Shown one piece after another: positions 58,718 to 64,000 of a stretch of DNA of 64,000 nt. The DNA is from Smithella sp. GTDB lineage: Bacteria > Desulfobacterota > Syntrophia > Syntrophales > Smithellaceae. The stretch lies in NCBI GenBank assembly GCA_049517435.1, contig JBEKRZ010000003.1:82865-146864 (forward strand), read 5' to 3'. A model generated the notes under the pieces. That model did not search any database. It saw nothing but the letters and a program-made list of their open reading frames with translations, and was not told the origin of the DNA. Positions within the stretch are counted from its first letter, which is position 1. Every line of letters begins with the position of its first letter. A program made the position numbers and the translations under genes.

Positions 58718-59182
58718 TTAAATCTTTTTGAATAAATCAACCATCTCTATTGCCGTCATAGCCGCATCGGCGCCTTTATTTCCTGACTTCGTTCCCGCGC
58801 GTTCAATCGCCTGTTCAATTGTATCCGTCGTCAACACACCGAAAATAACAGGGACTCCTGTTTCAAGACCAACGCTGGCGATGCCTTTGGATACTTCGGC
58901 GCTTATATACTCGAAATGCGGAGTCGCGCCGCGAATTATGGCGCCCAGACAAATTATGGCGTCAAAGCGAGCGCTTTCAGCCAATTTTTTCGCTACGAGC
59001 GGTAATTCAAAAGAACCTGGAACTTTATAGATCACGATATCTTTTTCTTCCGTGCCGGCTCTCATCAACGCATCGATGGTTCCTTCAATTAACCTGCCGC
59101 AAATAAAATCGTTAAAACGGCTGGCCACGATGCCAAACTTCATTCCCTTGGCGACGATTTTTCCTTCAATTATTTTCGGCAT
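58718..59182 (-). CDS. ribH: Lumazine synthase
   Basis: [24 protein letters not shown]. Confidence 0.96.
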   Translation of the reverse strand: MPKIIEGKIVAKGMKFGIVASRFNDFICGRLIEGTIDALMRAGTEEKDIVIYKVPGSFELPLVAKKLAESARFDAIICLGAIIRGATPHFEYISAEVSKGIASVGLETGVPVIFGVLTTDTIEQAIERAGTKSGNKGADAAMTAIEMVDLFKKI

Positions 59183-59259
59183 TGTCTTTTACCATCCTTT
59201 ATATTTAATTTTATAACCATGTAACTTTCAATTTTTGCCCATTAAAACACTCTAAACAA

Positions 59260-59286
59260 CTGGATTCCCGCCTGCGCGGGAATGAC
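59260..59286. repeat. REP-like palindrome
   Basis: CTGGATTCCCGCCTGCGCGGGAATGAC; same family as the interrupted copy at 56995-57060. Confidence 0.7.
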
Positions 59287-59298
59287 AGATAGAACTTT

Positions 59299-60501
59299 TT
59301 ATATTTTCAAAAGATGTCCCATCTTCTTTTGTTTTGTTTTCATATACTTTATGTTGTCTTCGTTCGGATCTATTTCAATAGGGACTCGTTGAGTGATCTC
59401 GATTCCGTAACCTTCCAGTCCGACAATCTTCTTGGGGTTATTGGTCATTAATCGCATTTTGCGCACGCCCAGATCAACAAGGATTTGCGCTCCGATGCCG
59501 TAGTCTCTTAAATCCGCCTTAAATCCAAGGGCGATATTGGCCTCGACTGTGTCCTTGCCTTTTTCCTGCAAGGCGTAAGCTTTGATTTTGTTGACCAGGC
59601 CGATTCCCCGGCCTTCCTGTCGCATATAAACAATCACGCCTTTTCCTTCTTTTTCCACCATTCTCATTGCGCAATGGAGTTGATCTCCGCAGTCGCATCT
59701 CTTGGAACCAAAAAGATCGCCGGTGAGACATTCCGAATGAACGCGCACCAGCACTTCATCTTCTTCTGTAATTTCACCTTTAACCAAAGCAATGTGCTGC
59801 CAATCATCAGCATCATTTTCGTAAACGATAATTTTAAAATCTCCGCCGAAACTGGTAGGAATTGTCGCTTCCGCCATCCGTCTGATGAGAGATTCGTTTT
59901 GCATCCGGTAATCAATAAGATCGGCAATGGTGACAATTTTTATATTATGTTCATGGGCAAATATTTCCAAATCGGGCATCCGCGCCATTGTGCCATCATC
60001 TTTCATGATTTCACAGATTACACCGGCTTGCGTCAAACCGGCTATGCGGCATAAATCCACCGATCCTTCAGTTTGTCCGGTGCGTACTAAAACACCGCCC
60101 CGTTTGGCACGGATCGGAAATACATGGCCCGGACTCACTAAATCTTCCGGCTTGGACAGGGGATTAACAGCGGCATGAATTGTTGTCGCCCTGTCGGCAG
60201 CGGAGATGCCTGTGGTAACGCCGTGCCGCGCTTCGATGGAAACTGTAAACGCCGTTCCGAAACGCGCCTGATTGTCCTGAACCATTTGCTTCAGACGAAG
60301 TTTATCCGCTATTTCTTCGTTGAGCGTCAAACATATCAAACCACGGCCATAGCGGGCCATGAAGTTGATTGTTTCCGGCGAAATAAATTCCGCCGCCATG
60401 CAAAGATCGCCTTCATTTTCCCGGTCTTCGTCATCAACGAGAATTACCATTTTCCCGTTTTGAATATCTTCTATTGCTTCCTGAATTGTACTGATTGCCA
60501 T
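59299..60501 (-). CDS. ribBA: Bifunctional DHBP synthase/GTP cyclohydrolase II
   Basis: [31 protein letters not shown]. Confidence 0.96.
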   Translation of the reverse strand: MAISTIQEAIEDIQNGKMVILVDDEDRENEGDLCMAAEFISPETINFMARYGRGLICLTLNEEIADKLRLKQMVQDNQARFGTAFTVSIEARHGVTTGISAADRATTIHAAVNPLSKPEDLVSPGHVFPIRAKRGGVLVRTGQTEGSVDLCRIAGLTQAGVICEIMKDDGTMARMPDLEIFAHEHNIKIVTIADLIDYRMQNESLIRRMAEATIPTSFGGDFKIIVYENDADDWQHIALVKGEITEEDEVLVRVHSECLTGDLFGSKRCDCGDQLHCAMRMVEKEGKGVIVYMRQEGRGIGLVNKIKAYALQEKGKDTVEANIALGFKADLRDYGIGAQILVDLGVRKMRLMTNNPKKIVGLEGYGIEITQRVPIEIDPNEDNIKYMKTKQKKMGHLLKI

Positions 60502-60514
60502 TGCGTATTTATCC

Positions 60515-61153
60515 TTATTTATTTAAAAAACCGTGCTGGGCCAGGAAATCCTTATCTATTCCCGTAGGAGAATGCAATAATTTTTCCACATATTTTCCCA
60601 GAACATCAGTTTCGATATTGACCAAATCACCTTCTTTTTTCGTAAGCAAAATAGTATTTGCCGCCGTATGCGGAATTATATTAACATAAAACCGGCTTTT
60701 TTCAAGTTTGTTTACGGTAAGACTGATGCCGTCTATGGCCACCGAACCTTTTTCCACAATATAGCGTGACAGATTATCATTCATCTCCACAGCCAGAATC
60801 AGTGAGCCGGATTTTTGCGTTTGAGAAAGAATTCGACAGGCAGCATCAACATGGCCTAAAACAAAATGGCCTCCAATGAAACCTCCGACCCGTAATGATT
60901 TTTCCAAATTAACTTTGTGCCCGGCCTGTAAAAGTTTGAGTGTTGTTCTGGACAGCGTTTCGGCGGAAACATCAGCGTTGAAACTCTGTTGATTTTTGGA
61001 GGTGACGGTAAGACAAGCGCCGTTTACCGCAATACTATCGCCCATGGACACATCTGTTAAGTCGATTGCGGTTTCAATTTCTAAAACGGCATCGGCGCCT
61101 TTCATTGTCAGGCGTTTCACCTTGCCTAATCCTTCTACAATTCCGGTAAACAT
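60515..61153 (-). CDS. ribE: Riboflavin synthase
   Basis: [33 protein letters not shown]. Confidence 0.96.
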   Translation of the reverse strand: MFTGIVEGLGKVKRLTMKGADAVLEIETAIDLTDVSMGDSIAVNGACLTVTSKNQQSFNADVSAETLSRTTLKLLQAGHKVNLEKSLRVGGFIGGHFVLGHVDAACRILSQTQKSGSLILAVEMNDNLSRYIVEKGSVAIDGISLTVNKLEKSRFYVNIIPHTAANTILLTKKEGDLVNIETDVLGKYVEKLLHSPTGIDKDFLAQHGFLNK

Positions 61154-61156
61154 AAA

Positions 61157-61618
61157 TTATTTTTTACCCTTGCTCAGCAAATCTTTTAATTCGGACATGA
61201 ATTCTCCGACATCGCGAAATTGACGGTAAACCGAAGCAAACCGGACATAGGCAACGCCGTCGAACATTTTCAGTTCGTTCATTATCTTTTCTCCGATAAG
61301 TGTCGAAGAAATTTCTTCGGCTTGAACTTCCTGGCAGGCCTGCTCCACATTTTCAACGAGCTTATCTATCGCCTCCATGCTGATCGGACGCTTCTCACAA
61401 GCCTTTTTTATGCCTGTCATAATTTTTTGCCGGTCAAACTGTTCGCGGCGGCCGTCTTTTTTTACGACCATCGGCAATATATCTTCGACATATTCATAAG
61501 TGGTAAAGCGCTTCGTGCAACCCAAACATTCCCGGCGGCGGCGGACGGCTTTGCCGTCTTTGCTTATTCGCGAATCAATAACTTTATTTTCCGCATGACC
61601 GCAAAACGGGCACTTCAT
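61157..61618 (-). CDS. nrdR: Transcriptional repressor NrdR
   Basis: MKCPFC, RRRREC..C..RFTTYE, ATP cone, AYVRFASVY. Confidence 0.96.
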   Translation of the reverse strand: MKCPFCGHAENKVIDSRISKDGKAVRRRRECLGCTKRFTTYEYVEDILPMVVKKDGRREQFDRQKIMTGIKKACEKRPISMEAIDKLVENVEQACQEVQAEEISSTLIGEKIMNELKMFDGVAYVRFASVYRQFRDVGEFMSELKDLLSKGKK

Positions 61619-61651
61619 GATTTTGATTACCTTATTAATTTTTTCTATATT

Positions 61652-62137
61652 TTAGAGTTGTTTTACGCTGATTCCTGCTTCCTTGAGCATCTGTGCGGCT
61701 AACTTGTCGTGATAACCGTCACGAATAACGATACGGACAATTCCTGCATTGATAATCATTTTAGCGCAGATAACACAGGGATGATTGGTGCAATAAAGTG
61801 TTGATCCTTTGGTAATAACACCATGCATGGCGGCCTGAATAATCACATTTTGTTCCGCGTGCAGTCCACGGCATAATTCATGACGTTCACCCGAAGGAAC
61901 TTTGAGTTGTTCGCGCATACAGCCAATATCCAGACAGTGCTGAAGCTTGGAGGGGGCGCCATTATAACCAGTGGCCAGAATCCGGCGATCGCGCACCAAT
62001 CCGGATCCCACAGAGCGCCTGAGGCAAGTACTGCGCCTGGATACCAGTTCGACAATGTCCAGAAAATAAGTATCCCAATCGGGCCTCTTATTAATTTTCT
62101 CCGGCAGATTCGCTGAAGATACTTTTTTTGGGGCCAT
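61652..62137 (-). CDS. dCMP deaminase (ComEB-like)
   Basis: [27 protein letters not shown]. Confidence 0.9.
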   Translation of the reverse strand: MAPKKVSSANLPEKINKRPDWDTYFLDIVELVSRRSTCLRRSVGSGLVRDRRILATGYNGAPSKLQHCLDIGCMREQLKVPSGERHELCRGLHAEQNVIIQAAMHGVITKGSTLYCTNHPCVICAKMIINAGIVRIVIRDGYHDKLAAQMLKEAGISVKQL

Positions 62138-62161
62138 AGCTACACGCTTTCACGAATTTGT

Positions 62162-63436
62162 TTACAGGCTTTTAATCCTTCGTTGATAAAGAGGAAACTG
62201 AGCACAAAGAGTTTTTATCTTTTCCGCAATAGCCTGAATATTTTTCTCATTATTTATATTTTCAATTACATCGGCGATATAGGAAGCGATTAAACGCATC
62301 TCGCCTTCCTTCATGCCTCTCGTAGTCACAGCGGGAGTACCAATTCTAATTCCGCTGGTTACCTGTGGTCCCTTGGTATCAAAAGGAATACCGTTTTTAT
62401 TGACAGTTATGGCAGCGCGGTCGAGCGCTTCCTGAGCGTCTTTTCCTGTAACGCCTTTGGCAGTTAAATCAACCAGCATCAAATGATTGTCGGTTCCTCC
62501 CGAAACAATCCGGAATCCCTGATTCTTTAGTTCATCCGCCATTGCCTGAGCGTTTCTAATTATCTGTTTCTGATATTCCTTGAATTCCGGCTGAAGCGCT
62601 TCCTGAAAAGCAACAGCCTTTGCGGCGATAACGTGCATTAATGGCCCGCCCTGCATGCCGGGGAAAACTCTGCTGTTCAATGTTTTGGCGTAAGCTTCTT
62701 TGCACATGACCAAACCACCGCGTGGTCCGCGCAAAGTTTTATGCGTTGTAGTCGTGACGTATTCACAAATGGGAACGGGGGAAGGATGCAATCCCGTGCA
62801 GACAAGCCCGGCGATATGGGCGATATCCGCCATAATTATAGCGCCGACTTCATCGGCAATATTTCGGAACCGTTGAAAATCAAGCACCCTAGGATAAGCG
62901 CTGGCGCCGACAATAATCATTTTAGGTTTATGTTCCTTGGCTAATTTTTCCACTTCATCAAAATCAATAGTTTCCGTATCTTTGCTGACTCCGTAAGGAA
63001 CAATCTTATATAGTTTACCCGAAAAATTGGCCGGGCTTCCATGAGACAAATGTCCACCATGAGACAGATTCATTCCCAAAACCGTATCACCCGGCTGCAC
63101 AGCAGCGAAGTACACGGCCATATTCGCTTGCGTGCCCGAATGTGGTTGTACATTGACATGATCTGCTCCAAAAAGCTGTTTACAGCGCTCAATCGCCAGA
63201 CTTTCCACAATGTCGACAAATTCGCAGCCGCCATAGTAACGTTTCCCCGGATATCCCTCAGCGTACTTATTGGTCATAACAGAGCCCTGTGCTTCCAATA
63301 CCGCTTCACTGACAAAATTCTCTGAAGCGATCAGCTCGATTTTTCCCGCTTGACGGCGTGTTTCCAGATCAATGGCCTGACTGACTTTCGGATCAACTTT
63401 TTCTAAAAAAGACATGGAATTTGTTCTCTCCTTCAT
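62162..63436 (-). CDS. glyA: Serine hydroxymethyltransferase
   Basis: [28 protein letters not shown]. Confidence 0.97.
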   Translation of the reverse strand: MKERTNSMSFLEKVDPKVSQAIDLETRRQAGKIELIASENFVSEAVLEAQGSVMTNKYAEGYPGKRYYGGCEFVDIVESLAIERCKQLFGADHVNVQPHSGTQANMAVYFAAVQPGDTVLGMNLSHGGHLSHGSPANFSGKLYKIVPYGVSKDTETIDFDEVEKLAKEHKPKMIIVGASAYPRVLDFQRFRNIADEVGAIIMADIAHIAGLVCTGLHPSPVPICEYVTTTTHKTLRGPRGGLVMCKEAYAKTLNSRVFPGMQGGPLMHVIAAKAVAFQEALQPEFKEYQKQIIRNAQAMADELKNQGFRIVSGGTDNHLMLVDLTAKGVTGKDAQEALDRAAITVNKNGIPFDTKGPQVTSGIRIGTPAVTTRGMKEGEMRLIASYIADVIENINNEKNIQAIAEKIKTLCAQFPLYQRRIKSL

Positions 63437-63467
63437 TCTTAATTTCTATATATCTCGGGTCTTAAAC

Positions 63468-63696
63468 CCCCCGCCTTTGGTGGAATAATTTCCAATAGCC
63501 TTTGGCTATTGGATAATTCGGCTAATAAACTTCAATGCGCATTGCTTTTGAAGTTTATGCCTCATTACAACTAACACTATAAATTAACTCCGTTCGTTTT
63601 CAATTGTATTTCACAATCCCCATTCGCTTCGCTCAGGGGATAATTCGACTGACGCTTCAGACTTCATCCCGACTCGTCGGGATTCGTTTTCAGCGA
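63468..63696 (+). repeat. Cluster of three family C elements, one nested
   Basis: Outer 63468-63614, inner 63491-63567, adjacent 63615-63696 carrying the mini-palindrome ATCCCGACTCGTCGGGAT. Confidence 0.8.
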
Positions 63697-64000
63697 GTCT
63701 CATTATATTTTTTAAATAATAAAACAGCGTTGACGCCGCCAAAACCAAAGGTGTTGGACATGGCTGTATTTATTTCTTTGTGCCGGGCGACTTTAGGCAC
63801 GTAATCAAGATCGCATTCCTCGCCGGGATTGTCCAGATTAATTGTGGGCGGGATGATGCCTTCCTGCAAAGCTTTGATCGCGAAAATGGCTTCCGCTCCT
63901 CCCGTCCCTCCCAGCATGTGTCCGGTCATAGACTTTGTAGAACTGACCATGAGCTTTTTGGCGTGTTCTCCAAAGAGAAATTTGATGGCTTGAGTTTCAT
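63690..64000 (-). CDS. fabF: 3-oxoacyl-ACP synthase II, C-terminal part (truncated by window edge)
   Basis: [29 protein letters not shown]. Confidence 0.93.
   Translation of the reverse strand, partial: ETQAIKFLFGEHAKKLMVSSTKSMTGHMLGGTGGAEAIFAIKALQEGIIPPTINLDNPGEECDLDYVPKVARHKEINTAMSNTFGFGGVNAVLLFKKYNETR

Noticed and set aside
1-64000. CRISPR array, tRNA, rRNA, autonomous transposase or integrase
   Set aside because: Repeats are dispersed and nested, not regularly spaced with unique spacers; no cloverleaf or rRNA signatures and no DDE, HUH or tyrosine recombinase ORF were recognised.

Overview
Bacterial chromosomal window. The gene content (fatty-acyl-CoA metabolism, FdhE, ADP-forming acyl-CoA ligase, a fabF-glyA-nrdR-rib-nusB cluster) suggests an anaerobic syntrophic deltaproteobacterium of the Smithella/Syntrophus type; this is inference, not a database result. 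Core genes include a cobalamin mutase accessory operon, gmhA-grpE-dnaK, surE, purL/purQ, rmuC, a LivKHMGF-type ABC transporter with phenylacetate-CoA ligase, a thiolase, an OppA-like protein and riboflavin genes. No transposase, integrase, tRNA, rRNA or CRISPR array was seen. Nevertheless the intergenic DNA is full of small palindromic non-autonomous elements of at least six families that insert into each other. One ~70-80 bp two-hairpin family inserts into the same core position of its own relatives without target duplication. One 132-bp palindromic element sits in frame inside a metallophosphoesterase-nucleotidyltransferase fusion gene. Other notable signals: a Tyr-rich leader peptide plus terminator upstream of the ABC/PaaK operon; three solitary integron cassettes with attC sites (unknown gene, 4TM + TM-TIR pair, HicBA); two cargo blocks bounded by duplicated 3' tails of host genes; an intact gene inserted inside its own paralog; and a TetR-associated cluster of phytoene-dehydrogenase-like flavoproteins reminiscent of anaerobic terpene dehydrogenase CtmAB. 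All alignments were done by eye.
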